A stretch of DNA of 64,000 nucleotides from Planctomycetota bacterium (GTDB lineage Bacteria > Planctomycetota > JAJSAM01 > JAJVHW01). The stretch lies in the NCBI GenBank assembly GCA_965248445.1, contig CBDFJG010000002.1, positions 544,001 through 608,000 of the forward strand, given 5' to 3'. Positions 20,375 to 30,928 of the stretch are shown piece by piece. The stretch's first letter is position 1. Every line of letters begins with the position of its first letter. The notes beneath the pieces were generated by a model. That model was not told the DNA's origin and searched no databases. It saw nothing but the letters and a program-made list of their open reading frames with translations. The position numbers were made by a program, and so were the translations under genes.

Positions 20375-21334
20375 GTGACAACGAGCTCAGAGAGTCCCCT
20401 TCGTAGGCCGTGTTCGGGTTCGTCCGATCGCGGCTCGTTTCGTTTCGTGACCGCCGTGGCGGCGGCCGCCCTGCTGGCCGCAGGATGCGCCTCCGGCGTC
20501 TCTACCCTGCCCGCCGGTACGTGCACCGCCGGCGCGGATGCGCAGGCCAACCCGCTGACGACTGTGCTCGCAGCGACGATGACCTGCGCGACCGGAGCGA
20601 CGGAGGGGCTGACCCCGCCGTCGTACCTGGACGAGAAGTCCGCGGCCCAGGCCGCGACCGTCTCGATACCGACGTACTCGTCCAGCACCGCGCGGCTCCC
20701 CGCGCCGCCGCACGTGACTCGTCCGGCCGCGCGCTCGTACGCGCAGCCCATCGCGCCGCCGGCCGCACCGCAGCCTTCGCTCGCCATCGTGACGCCTGCA
20801 CAGGCGCCCGTGGCCGCACCGATCACGCACGCGGCGTCGGTCACGACGGCCGCAGCGCCTCCGATGCCGGTCCGCGCCCCGGCGCCGCGCTCGAGCTGGC
20901 AGCGTCCGACGTCCACGCCGACCTCGTTCTCGACGGTGCCCCAGCACTTGCGGAGCATGAGCGCGCTCACCGAGCGCGAGGGCGAACTCTCGGATCGCTC
21001 GCTGTCGCTGACACTCGAGCGACAGGGCGTCCTGCGCGTCGAGAAGGCGTTGCAGCGTCACGCCGGTGAGAACTCGGACAAGAGCCGGGAGGAGCTGACG
21101 GACGTGCTCAGAGAGTACGCTTCCGTCGCGACCGTCTCTCATCTCACGCAGCACTCCACCGTAGCCGAGGCGCAGAGCGCGTCCGACGCCGTCCGCGGAC
21201 GGATCGACGAGGTCACGGGCGAGCGCAAGGCGGTGACCCGGTTGATGACCGCGGTCATGGTCCACGAGGCCGGTCCGACGGCAGAGACCGAGGCGGACGT
21301 CCTGAAGGCGATCGAGAAGTACGCCAAGCACTAG
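20375..21334 (+). CDS. Hypothetical lipoprotein with Pro/Ala linker and helical C-terminus
   Basis: RBS gaggag, lipobox LAAGC; its TAG stop is part of the CTAG next to IS1380. Confidence 0.75.
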   Translation: MTTSSESPLRRPCSGSSDRGSFRFVTAVAAAALLAAGCASGVSTLPAGTCTAGADAQANPLTTVLAATMTCATGATEGLTPPSYLDEKSAAQAATVSIPTYSSSTARLPAPPHVTRPAARSYAQPIAPPAAPQPSLAIVTPAQAPVAAPITHAASVTTAAAPPMPVRAPAPRSSWQRPTSTPTSFSTVPQHLRSMSALTEREGELSDRSLSLTLERQGVLRVEKALQRHAGENSDKSREELTDVLREYASVATVSHLTQHSTVAEAQSASDAVRGRIDEVTGERKAVTRLMTAVMVHEAGPTAETEADVLKAIEKYAKH

Positions 21335-23030
21335 CCTGCATAATTCATCATGCCACGCCCGGAACGTAGATTCGGGCGCACCGCGCATTGCATAAACTGT
21401 TGTTAGAGCAATAGTTACACAGATGCGAGAGGTACGCCCGAGTGACGAATTCTACCCCACACACTGTCCGGTTTCCCGATCTCTTCGGGAAGGTCACCAC
21501 GGCCGTGTTCGACGGCGAAGCGCACACGTCCGAGGGAGGCGCGGGACTGCTGCGCGCGGTGGACCGTCGAATGGGAGTGACCGCAGGTCTGGCTGCGCTG
21601 TTGGTGGATCGTCGTGACCCGACGCGGGTGCAGCACTCGTTGGAGGAGCTCTTTCGGCAGCGCGTCTTCTCGATCGGCCTGGGCTACAGCGACCAGAACG
21701 ACGCGGCTCGCGTGGGCACCGACCCGATGCTCAAGGGGGTCACGGGCCGCGCGCCGATCAAGGGCGCCGACCTGGCGTCTCAGGCGACGCTGTCGCGCTT
21801 CGAGAACGCGGTCACGGCGCACGAGCTCGTGGCCTTGTCGCGCAAGCTCGAGGAGGACGTGATCGAGCGTCTTTGCGCTCGCCACCGGGGGGCCCGGCGC
21901 ATCACGATCGACATGGACCCGAGCTGTGACCCGACCCACGGTGCACAGCAGGGAGCGCTCTTCAACGGCTTCTACGACACGTGGTGCTACCTGCCGGTTT
22001 TCGGCTTCCTCACGGTCGACGGCGATCCGGAGCAGTACCTTTTCTGTGCGCGGCTGCGGCCGGGCAACGCGAAGGAGGGCCGCACGTCGCTGCGGACGAT
22101 CCGCCGGATGGTGAAGCGACTTCGGCGTGCGTTTCCGCGCACGCAGATCCTCGTGCGCCTGGACAGCGGCTTCGCCGGCTCGCGGCTCTTCGACGCGCTG
22201 GACGAACTCGGCGTGAAGTACGTGGTCGGGATGCCCAAGAACAAGCGGCTCCTGGATCTGTGCGACGCCGAGATGACAGCGGCTGCGGTGCTGGCGGCGA
22301 TGGAAGACAAGACGGCGCAGATCTACGGCGACTGCGAGTACCGGGCGAAGAGCTGGAGCAGGTCCCGCCGCGTGGTCTTCAAGGCGTAAGTGCTGGTCGC
22401 CACCGGGAAGGTGAACAAGGACAACGCGCGCTTCGTGGTCACCAACGTCTCGCGCAGCTACAAGCCCGAGACGACCTACTGCAAGACCTACTGCGGTCGC
22501 GGCGACGCCGAGAACCGCATCAAGGAACTCAAGGGTGGCCTGGCGGTGGATCGCACGAGCAACTCGAGCTTCCTGGCGAACCAGTTCCGCGTGCTGATGA
22601 CCGCGGCGGCCTACGTACTCTTCCAGGAGTTACGCTACCAGTTGCGCGGCACCACGGCCGCAGTCTGGCAGGTGCACACGATCCGCGAACGGCTGCTCAA
22701 GATCGGCGCCCGCGTCGTGGAATCGGTGCGCCGCGTCGTCGTGCATCTCGCGGCGGCCTGCCCATGGCGCGAGCTGTGGTGCCGCGTCGCGCGAAGGCTC
22801 GGCGCTGCGCCGGTCTGAGCGCAGCCGATGGCCAGAAGAACGACACGCTTCCGGCTACCGGTCCGTCCAGACCTCGTCCGCGCGGCGGCAAATGGACTTG
22901 AACGCCCCCTCGGAACGAAGATCCCGCCGTCCGAGACCCCGCCGACCTCGGTGAACGCCGCAAGTCGAGCGCCCGGGCGCTCGGACCGGCCGAGGGACGC
23001 CCTCGCGAGCGTCGTCATGAATAGTGCGGG
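21335..23030 (+). mobile_element. IS1380-family element, copy 1 (1696 bp)
   Basis: Imperfect terminal inverted repeats CCTGCATAATTCAT / ATGAATAGTGCGGG; near-identical inverted copy at 55529-57224; flanks CTAG and CTAA. Confidence 0.92.
21442..22818 (+). pseudogene. IS1380-family DDE transposase with internal TAA (22387-22389)
   Basis: FDG...TSEGG, LASQATLSRFEN, IDMD, HGAQQG, RLDSGF and YCGRGDAENRIKE motifs; the two ORFs are in the same frame. Confidence 0.92.
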
Positions 23031-23033
23031 CTA

Positions 23034-24087
23034 ATGGTCCGTGGAGCTGGATCCGCTGTCTTTCTCTCGGACGAATCCGCTGTCGTGGCTACCGAGGGCC
23101 CCGATTCCATCGCGACAACTTCCGACGACTCTCTGTGTGTGCTTGCGTCGCTGGGCTCCGAAAACACCGTGGCGAATGTTCGCGTGGGTGGACTCTCGAG
23201 TGAGGCAGCCTCTCGACCAACGATACTCGGAGTCGACGCTGTAGCCCTGGCCTCAAGGCCTCAAGCGGGGCGAACAACGCGTTCAACGACGCGGACGACG
23301 AGATCGTAGTCGTGCGCGACGTTCCGGCCTCGCCCGCAGTGAGCAGAGTTGCCGTGCCCGGTCTGTCGAGTGGCATATCCAGCCACGTTGTTTCGATTTC
23401 ATCGACGGTAGTCGCTGTGTCCAGCGGCGGCGCGGCGGCGCAGACTCGACGATTGGCTCCGGATCCGACGATGTCGTGACCGTGATTCGCGGTCTGAATG
23501 GGGTCGCGTCCGCGAGGACGCTGGCGTCGTTCGGAGACTTCGCGGAGACGAGCACTCTTGGATTGGCGCCGACTCTGCTTGGCGCGAGTCGAGTGGTACT
23601 GCTCGCACCGGGACCCGACGGTCTACTCACTGTCGGTCGAGATGGTGGCTTGCAGGTTGTGCGCCATCAGGACTCAGACTCGCAGTTGAGAGTGCTCAAG
23701 GTCAAGGTGACGGATCCGAGAAAGCCCTTCAAGCCGGTGAAGGTGATCATGAAGGGTCAACTGCTCGTCGAACAGGTGCATTTGGGTCGGCACGATCTGA
23801 CAGTGTCGATTGGAAGCGCTGCTCAGACTATTCCCGGCGATCTGCTCGCCATGAACAGCAAGGGTGACATCACGTATCGGGATCGGAAGGGAGTGAACGG
23901 CTTCATCACATCGTTCAAGCTCAAAGCGAAGAGCGGGAAGATTTCTCTGAAGGGAAAGGGAGTTGATACGGGCCTGGAGTCGATCTGCCCGGACTACATT
24001 CCAGTTGCCTTCGAGAGCAGTGTCGTGTTCGTCAGCACCGGCGTCATCGGGGAGGCGAAGAAGAGAGTCGTCGTTTTCCGTCTCTAG
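23034..24087 (+). pseudogene. 5'-truncated secreted repeat protein with Lys-rich C-terminal domain, broken by two 8-bp duplications
   Basis: Removing one ggcctcaa (23249-23264) and one gcggcggc (23424-23439) gives one ORF with G(P/A)D...DD repeats and a KVKVTDPRKPFKPVKV tail; lower GC; begins at the IS end. Confidence 0.8.
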
Positions 24088-24173
24088 TAGCACTTCTTGC
24101 GGAGAGCTGCGCTTGGCTTGACAGAGTCGTTCCACTCTTCGCGAGCACTTGAGCGGCAGCTTCGCAGAGTCGC

Positions 24174-24205
24174 GGAACAGCCCGACCGCAGGTCGGGCAT
24201 GTTCC
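24174..24205. terminator. Hairpin between convergent genes (possible terminator)
   Basis: ggaaca-gcccgacc-gca-ggtcgggc-atgttcc stem-loop just downstream of dcd; no U-tract. Confidence 0.45.
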
Positions 24206-24215
24206 CGAAGCCAAC

Positions 24216-25508
24216 TCAGTAGCGGCGGAACTGCTTTGCGAGCGTCACTCCCTGGCGGGCGTAGTTGCTGGCGAGGGCGGTGCCGTAGAGCTGGTCGGTG
24301 GGGTGGGTGAGGCGCTCGTAGACCATGCGGCCGATGCGCTGGCCGTGTTCGAGCAGGACCGGCGTGTCGTGGCTGCGGACTTCGAGGACCGCGCGGGTGC
24401 CGGGGGGGATGCCGGGGTCGGCGTCGGTGGCGGGCGTTCCGTTGGTGGGATCGGCGGGTGTCGCGGCGGTCGGTGGGGTGGACGGGTGGTCGCCGAAGCC
24501 GGGGTCGAAGAAGCCGGCGTAATGGACGCGGAACTCACCCATGGTGGTGTCGTACGCAACCATCTCGGCGCTGGTGGAGGCGGGCACGCGGACGCGCTCC
24601 TTCGTGGCCATGATGTAGAACTCGTCGGGGCGCAGGATGATGCCGTCGTCGAGTGGGCCGGGGATCGTCTCCCAGAACGTCTTGACCGGGTAGTGGCCGA
24701 TCTTGCGGAGGTCGATCGGCTCGCGGGCGTGGCGCTTGGCGCGGTACGCGACCGGGGCGCCGGGGGTGGTGCCGTGCAGATCGACGGAGAGCACGACGGA
24801 GGCGCCCTCGACCAGGTCCGTCGCGGGGGAATTGCCGTCGGTGTAGATGAGCGGGTCGATCTCGTTCATGCGCTCGTGGTACGTGCCGGCCGGGCGCGGG
24901 TGGCCGCGGCGGAAACGCACCTGGTTGAGCGCGTCGCCGCGGCGGACGATGACGCTGAACGTGCGCGGGCTGACCTCGACGTAGAGCGGGCCGTGGTAGC
25001 GCTCCGCGATCTTCTCGAACGATGACGAGTAGTCGGTGAGCAGGCGCGTGAAGACGTCGAGGCGGCCGGTCGTGCTCTTCGGTGTGGCGATGCCCGAGAA
25101 GTCGGAGGGGAGTCGCAGCGTCTCCTCGAGTGGGACGACGTACGTGCAACCGGCTTCGAGGCATGCGCCCTCGTCGCGGCCGAGGTCGAGAGTGTGCATC
25201 GTCAGGCGGTCGAGCTGCTCGCGCACCGTGCGGCGCTGGCCCGGCAGGAACGACGCGGGGACGCGGTACGCGAAACGGCCGACGCGCAGGTCGAGGCTTG
25301 CCGGCTGAATCTGCTTGTCGGTGATCGGGACGGCTGCCTCGATCACGCCCTCTTCGATGAACTGCGTCAGCAACTGCCGTGGGATGACGCCGGTCGTGTG
25401 TGTCCACTCCGGGATCAGACCCGGGAAGAGGGAGCTCTGCGTGCCGCGCGCGGATGGCGCTCCGGGAGCGTCCGTAGAGTCAGCGGCGGGAGTTTCAGTT
25501 GTGCTCAT
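24216..25508 (-). CDS. dcd: dCTP deaminase (long, duplicated-domain type)
   Basis: QIQPASLDLR, PKSTTGRLDVFTR, GEFRVHYAGFFDPGFG, VLEVRSHD and LAKQF motifs. Confidence 0.93.
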   Translation of the reverse strand: MSTTETPAADSTDAPGAPSARGTQSSLFPGLIPEWTHTTGVIPRQLLTQFIEEGVIEAAVPITDKQIQPASLDLRVGRFAYRVPASFLPGQRRTVREQLDRLTMHTLDLGRDEGACLEAGCTYVVPLEETLRLPSDFSGIATPKSTTGRLDVFTRLLTDYSSSFEKIAERYHGPLYVEVSPRTFSVIVRRGDALNQVRFRRGHPRPAGTYHERMNEIDPLIYTDGNSPATDLVEGASVVLSVDLHGTTPGAPVAYRAKRHAREPIDLRKIGHYPVKTFWETIPGPLDDGIILRPDEFYIMATKERVRVPASTSAEMVAYDTTMGEFRVHYAGFFDPGFGDHPSTPPTAATPADPTNGTPATDADPGIPPGTRAVLEVRSHDTPVLLEHGQRIGRMVYERLTHPTDQLYGTALASNYARQGVTLAKQFRRY

Positions 25509-25615
25509 CGGCGTGCAGACGCCGGATAGGGGGACGGCGTCCGTCCGTAGTGGGTTGCCCGGTCTGGGCATTAGAGATCTTGTCAGAGAGTCTGCGGGGT
25601 TCCGTGGCCGCTGGC

Positions 25616-28600
25616 CTACGAACACCCGGTGGTCTGGCCGCAACCGACGCACTTCAGGCAGGTGCCGTTGCGAACCAGCATGAACTGACCGCAGTCGCTG
25701 CAGGGGTCGCCCTCGAAGCCCTTCATGCGGGCCTGCTTGATGGCCTCGTGCAGGGAGAGTGTCCCGAAACGCGACACCGAGACGGTGGTCGTCTGGGCTT
25801 CGACGTGCAGCGCGGTGGTGCCACTTCCGGACGACGTGCCGGACGAGCTGCCGTTGCCGTTTCCGGATGCGCCGTTGCCATTTCCGGATTCACTCCCATT
25901 GCCGGACGGGTGGTAGCCGGTCGCCGCGCCGGCTGTGTGGGCCAGCGTCGGTGTGTCGGCCGCCGTGATGCCGCGGTGCAGCGCCTCGGGGGGCGCCTTG
26001 GTGGAAGTCGTCTCACGGGAGGCCGCGGGGACGTCGACGTCTCCGTCCGCGGCGGGGGGATCGAAGAGCGGCGTGTCGTCCGGAGTGGTCGGACCGACCG
26101 TGTCGCTGCGCAGGTCCTCGGGGATCACCTGGCCGAGCTCGCCCCGGTTCAGGTAGTTGATCGCGAGGTCGCGGAACACGTAGTCGATGATCGACGTGCA
26201 GAGCTTCACCTGCTCGTGGCCCTGCACGATGCCGTTCGGTTCGAAGCGCGTGAACACGAACGCGTCCACGAACTCGTCGAGTGGCACGCCGTGCTGCAGG
26301 CCGAGCGAGATCGCGATCGCGAAGCTGTTCATGAGGGAGCGGAACGCGGCGCCCTCCTTGGCCATATCGAGGAAGATCTCGCCGAGGTTGCCGTCCTTGT
26401 ACTCGCCGGTGCGCAGGTAGATCTTGTGACCGGCGATGACCGCCTTCTGGGTGTAGCCGCGGCGGCGGAACGGGAGCTTCTTGCGCTCCATGACCGGGAC
26501 GCGCTCGATGACGATCTTCTCGACGACGCGCTCGATGACCTGCTGCGTGACCTGCTCGGTCACGGCCATCACCTCGCCGTGGCGAGAGAGCGGTACCTCC
26601 TCGCTGTCGTCGTCTTCGTCCTCGTCGTCACTGACCGAGCTGAGCGGCTGGCTGAGCTTGCTGCCGTCGCGGTAGAGCGCGACCGCCTTCAGCATCAGCT
26701 CCCAACCCAGTCGGTAGGCGTGCTGGACCTCGTCGAGCGTGGCGTCGCTCGGCATATTGATGGTCTTGCTGATGGCGCCGGACAGGAACGGCTGCGCCGC
26801 AGCCATCATCTGGAGGTGCGCCTCGAACGGGATGTACCGCACGCCCTTGCGGCCGCAGCGGTTCGCGCAGTCGAAGACCGGCAGGTGCTCGTCGAGCAAG
26901 TGCGGCGCGCCCTCTACCGTCATCGTGCCGCAGACGTAGTCGTTGGCGGTCTCGATGTCGGTGCGGGAGAACCCGAGGTGGTTCAGCAGACTGAACGTCG
27001 CCGATCCGAGTTGCTCGTCGGTGACGTCCAGGACGTCGCGGCAGAAGTCCTCGCCGAGCGTGAACTTGTTGAACACGAAGTTGATGTCGAAGGCGCCTTC
27101 GAGCTGACCCTCGACCGCTTCGATCTGCGCGTCGCCGAAGCCGTGCGCGCGGAGCGCTGCGAGGTTGACGCCGGGGGCGCCTTCGAGCGTCTGGTGGCCG
27201 ACCACGTAGCGCTCGATGTCGAGCACCTCCTGGTCGTTGTAGCCGAGGTTGCGCAGTGCCTGCGGGATCGACTGGTTGATGATCTTGAAGTAGCCGCCGC
27301 CGGCGAGCTTCTTGTACTTGACGAGCGCGTAGTCCGGCTCGATGCCGGTCGTGTCGCAGTCCATGACCAGACCGATCGTGCCGGTCGGGGCGATGACGGT
27401 GACCTGCGCGTTCCTGTAGCCGTGCTTCTCACCGAGGGTCAAGGCGCGGTCCCACGCGCCGCGGGCGGCTTCGAGGATGCCGGCCGGGCAGAGCTGGTCG
27501 TCGATGCCGGTCGGCGTGACCGAGAGGTCCTCGTACTCGCTGCCCTTCGCGGCGTAGGCGGCGCGCCGGTGGTTCCGGATGACGCGCAGCATGTGGTCCT
27601 TGTTTTTCTCGTACCCGGGGAACGGGCCGAGCTCGGCGGACATCTCGGCGGAGGTCGCGTACGACTCGCCGCCCAGGATCGCGGTCAGCGCGCCGCAGAT
27701 CGCGTAGCCCTGGTCGCTCGCGTACGGGATGCCGAGCCGCATGAGCAGCGTGCCCATGTTGGCGTAGCCGAGTCCGAGCGTGCGGTAGACGTAGCTGAGG
27801 TGCGCGATCTCCCTGCTCGGGTACATCGCCATCATCACGCTGATCTCGAGGACGATCGTCCACAGGCGGATCGTGTGGCGGTACCCGGCGACGTCGAACG
27901 AGCCGTCGTCGGTCAGGAACTTGACCAGGTTGATCGACGCGAGGTTGCACGCCGTGTCGTCGAGGAACATGTACTCGGAGCACGGGTTGCTGGCGTTGAT
28001 CGGGCCGTCCGCGGGGCACGTGTGCCACTCGTTGATGGTCGTGTCGTACTGCAGGCCCGGGTCGGCGCAGGCCCACGCGCTGTAGGCGATCTTCTCCCAC
28101 AGCTCAGCGGCCGGCATCCGGCGGGCCTCCGCGCCGTCGGTGCGGCGGGTCGTGACCCAGTCGCCGTCTGCATCGAGGGCCTCGAAGAACGAGTTCGGGA
28201 TGCGGACCGAGTTGTTCGAGTTCTGGCCGGAGACGGTTGCGTACGCCTCACCGTTCCAGTCGGTGTCGTAGACCGAGAACGGGTACTCGGTCCAGCCCTG
28301 GGCGCCGAGCTGCAGCGCGCGCTGCACGTAGGGCTCGGGGACCTTGTCGCGGCGAGCCGCGCGGAGCGCCTTCTTGAGGGACTTGTTCTTCTTGGGATCG
28401 ATCTCGCGGGTGACGCCCTCCGTGGTCGTCACGTCCATCGTGTCCATGATCGCGTTGAGACGTTCCTTGCAGTGCTTCGCGCCGGCGACGAGGGCCGCGA
28501 CCTTCTCCTCCTCGTGCACCTTCCACGTGACGAACTGCTCGATGTCGGGGTGGTCGAGATCGAGGCAGACCATCTTGGCGGCGCGGCGGGTGGTGCCGCC

Positions 28601-29362
28601 GGACTTGATGGCGCCCGCGGCGCGGTCGCCGATTTTCAGGAACGACATCAGGCCGGAGCTCTTACCGCCACCGGACAGCGGCTCGTTCTCGCCGCGCAGG
28701 TTGCTGAAGTTGGTGCCGGTGCCGGAGCCGTACTTGAAGAGGCGCGCCTCGCGCGTCCAGAGGTCCATGATCCCGCCTTCTTTGACGAGGTCGTCGGACA
28801 CGGACTGGATGAAGCACGCGTGCGGCTGTGGGCGGCCGTATGCGGACTCCGACGGCTTCAGCTCACCGGTGGTCTCGTCCGTGTACCAGTGGCCCTGCGG
28901 GGGGCCCTCGATGCCGTAGGCGAAGTTGAGGCCGGTGTTGAACCACTGCGGCGAGTTGGGGGCGCAGATCTGGCTGGCGAGCATGAACGCCATCTCGTCC
29001 TCGAAGGACTGGGCGTCGTCCGCGCTGTCGAAGTAGCCGGCCTTCTCGCCCCAGTGGCGCCAGCAGCCGGCGAGGCGGTCGAAGACCTGCCGGCTGTCGC
29101 GCTCGGTACCGAGGACGGGGTTGCCGTCGTCGTCGGTGACGGGGTCGCCGTTCGCGTCCACCTGGGGGACGCCGGCCTTGCGGAAGTACTTCTGCGCGAT
29201 GATGTCGGTGGCCACCTGGGACCAGCCGTCGGGGATGTCGATGTCCTCGAGTTTGAAGACAGAGGAGCCGTCGGGATTTCGGATCTCCGACGTGCGCTTC
29301 ACGAAGCTCAACGTTGAATACGGGCTCTCTCCAGCCTTCGTGAAACGCCTCTTGATCTTCAA
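25616..29362 (-). CDS. nrdJ: Class II (adenosylcobalamin-dependent) ribonucleotide reductase
   Basis: [31 protein letters not shown] (thiyl Cys), [22 protein letters not shown]-terminal Cys cluster ending TTGCS; TTG start with RBS ggagg. Confidence 0.97.
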   Translation of the reverse strand: MKIKRRFTKAGESPYSTLSFVKRTSEIRNPDGSSVFKLEDIDIPDGWSQVATDIIAQKYFRKAGVPQVDANGDPVTDDDGNPVLGTERDSRQVFDRLAGCWRHWGEKAGYFDSADDAQSFEDEMAFMLASQICAPNSPQWFNTGLNFAYGIEGPPQGHWYTDETTGELKPSESAYGRPQPHACFIQSVSDDLVKEGGIMDLWTREARLFKYGSGTGTNFSNLRGENEPLSGGGKSSGLMSFLKIGDRAAGAIKSGGTTRRAAKMVCLDLDHPDIEQFVTWKVHEEEKVAALVAGAKHCKERLNAIMDTMDVTTTEGVTREIDPKKNKSLKKALRAARRDKVPEPYVQRALQLGAQGWTEYPFSVYDTDWNGEAYATVSGQNSNNSVRIPNSFFEALDADGDWVTTRRTDGAEARRMPAAELWEKIAYSAWACADPGLQYDTTINEWHTCPADGPINASNPCSEYMFLDDTACNLASINLVKFLTDDGSFDVAGYRHTIRLWTIVLEISVMMAMYPSREIAHLSYVYRTLGLGYANMGTLLMRLGIPYASDQGYAICGALTAILGGESYATSAEMSAELGPFPGYEKNKDHMLRVIRNHRRAAYAAKGSEYEDLSVTPTGIDDQLCPAGILEAARGAWDRALTLGEKHGYRNAQVTVIAPTGTIGLVMDCDTTGIEPDYALVKYKKLAGGGYFKIINQSIPQALRNLGYNDQEVLDIERYVVGHQTLEGAPGVNLAALRAHGFGDAQIEAVEGQLEGAFDINFVFNKFTLGEDFCRDVLDVTDEQLGSATFSLLNHLGFSRTDIETANDYVCGTMTVEGAPHLLDEHLPVFDCANRCGRKGVRYIPFEAHLQMMAAAQPFLSGAISKTINMPSDATLDEVQHAYRLGWELMLKAVALYRDGSKLSQPLSSVSDDEDEDDDSEEVPLSRHGEVMAVTEQVTQQVIERVVEKIVIERVPVMERKKLPFRRRGYTQKAVIAGHKIYLRTGEYKDGNLGEIFLDMAKEGAAFRSLMNSFAIAISLGLQHGVPLDEFVDAFVFTRFEPNGIVQGHEQVKLCTSIIDYVFRDLAINYLNRGELGQVIPEDLRSDTVGPTTPDDTPLFDPPAADGDVDVPAASRETTSTKAPPEALHRGITAADTPTLAHTAGAATGYHPSGNGSESGNGNGASGNGNGSSSGTSSGSGTTALHVEAQTTTVSVSRFGTLSLHEAIKQARMKGFEGDPCSDCGQFMLVRNGTCLKCVGCGQTTGCS

Positions 29363-29879
29363 CTTGCCCTCCTGGCCACGGACAGAGCCCCGTAAGAGAC
29401 TACGGGGCGCGGCTTGCTCGTTGCCGTGACCCGCGACCGTCCGCGCCGCGCTCTTTCCAGAAGCCCCGGTTTGGGGGATTCATGCGCTGTTGTGACCGGG
29501 GCGGGCTGCGCTCACGTCCGTCCCGTGGTCAGGCAGTCGCCTGACCGGGACTGCGGTCCCGTCTCCAACCCCGATGCGATTCCCTCGACCTGCCAACCGC
29601 GGAGGCCCCGCGCCGCCGCGCCAACTCGTCGTTTCGACCGTCTCTTGCCAACTCTCGCGGCCTGTCTGCGCCCCTCTCCGACGCGCGGCCGACTCCGATT
29701 CGGAGAGGGCGTACGGCGGGCCGTTCGTGCCGCACGTGAAGGCGGCGGTCATGGCATGCCGGATCGGGCGCCGAACGGGGCCGGGAGCGCACTCCCGAAC
29801 ACCCTCAGCAACGCCCGATTCCCCTCCGATTCTCGGCTCCCGAATAGCCCCGCGGAGCGAACCCCGCGATGACCCGAGA

Positions 29880-29927
29880 ACGCAAGATATAGTAGTGCCA
29901 CCCCGTTGGAGGCGCAAGATATAGCCC
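29880..29927. promoter_or_regulatory. Tandem NrdR boxes upstream of nrdJ-dcd
   Basis: acgCAAgATATAGtag (29880-29895) and gcgCAAgATATAGccc (29912-29927), 32 bp apart, matching the acaCwAtATaTwGtg consensus; AT-rich island in GC-rich DNA. Confidence 0.85.
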
Positions 29928-30089
29928 TTCTGGGGGTCCGGAGGGGCTCACTGTCCTCTAGCGGGGGAGGGAGTGTACGAGGGGCCGGGGACGCCCGTTC
30001 GTCGCCCGCTCCCGGGGGGTGCTGCGTGGCGGGCGGCTGGTGCCCGGGGGGCCGCGATTCGCGGCTCCGGAGCGGCTGCCATCGCCCCC

Positions 30090-30827
30090 GTGACCGACAC
30101 CGAGAGCCCGTTCGGAATGCCCCCGTCCGCAATTCCCCGTGTCGCGCTGGTCAAGAGCGCGGCGCGGGCCGAGTCGCTGGCGGCAGCGCTGGCGGCGGCG
30201 GGGTTCCATGCGGTGCTCGTCTCGCCGTTCGTGCGCGAGGAGGTGCCGGGGTCCGATGCGGCCCTGCGCGACGCGTTGGCGGACCGTCCGGAGTGGATCG
30301 CGGTGACGTCTCCGGGCGCTGCGCCGGCGCTGGGACGCGTCGGGACGGCGGGCGCCCGGGTGGCGGCCGTCGGAATGGGCACTGCCACGGCCCTTGCGTC
30401 CGCCGGCGCCCCGGCTGACGTTGTGGGGGACGCGGGCGGGGACCGGCTGGCGGAGCGGATGCGGGCGGCGGGGCTCGCGACCGGCTCGGCGGTGGTCCAC
30501 CCGTGCGGCGAGGGCACGCGGACGGACCTCGGCGCGGCCCTCTCACCGTGGCGGGTGCGCGTTGCTGATGTGCCGGTGTACAGGGTGGTCCCCGACCCCA
30601 TCGGGGAGCGCGCTGCGGCGGGAGAGTTCGACGTCGTGGTGATCGGCGCTCCGCCGCTGGCAGCTCGCGCTACGGAGTTGTTCCCGGCGCGCCCCCCGGC
30701 GGTCGCGATCGGACGGACCACGGCCTCGATGATGCGCGATCTCGGCTGGGTGCCGGCGGCCGTCGCTGCGCGACCTCGCGCGGCGGATGTCGTCAACGCG
30801 GTCCGGCGCGTGGTGGGCGGAGAGTGA
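30090..30827 (+). CDS. hemD: Uroporphyrinogen-III synthase
   Basis: WIAVTSPGA, AAVGMGTATAL, VPVYRV and VAIGRTTA motifs; near hemB. Start is 30090 or 30117. Confidence 0.85.
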   Translation: MTDTESPFGMPPSAIPRVALVKSAARAESLAAALAAAGFHAVLVSPFVREEVPGSDAALRDALADRPEWIAVTSPGAAPALGRVGTAGARVAAVGMGTATALASAGAPADVVGDAGGDRLAERMRAAGLATGSAVVHPCGEGTRTDLGAALSPWRVRVADVPVYRVVPDPIGERAAAGEFDVVVIGAPPLAARATELFPARPPAVAIGRTTASMMRDLGWVPAAVAARPRAADVVNAVRRVVGGE

Positions 30828-30928
30828 GCTTGAATGCGCCGGATCGGGTTGACAGTATCGGTCGGCGTGAGAGTGTGGGGCGCGGCGGACGTGGCGGGTG
30901 TGGATGAGCGGGGGAAGGGGCGAGTGAC

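Noticed and set aside
22387..22389. Sec/Pyl recoding of the transposase stop
   Set aside because: The codon is TAA, not TGA or TAG.
25499..29317. 1272-aa plus-strand ORF, and many similar long ORFs
   Set aside because: Antisense shadow of nrdJ. High GC and codon bias suppress stops, and the translation has no recognisable motifs.
25616..29362. Intein or intron in nrdJ
   Set aside because: No splice-junction or homing-endonuclease motifs seen; extra length comes from a low-complexity linker near the C-terminus.
29363..29879. Cobalamin riboswitch before nrdJ
   Set aside because: No recognisable B12-box or conserved core found by eye on the coding strand.
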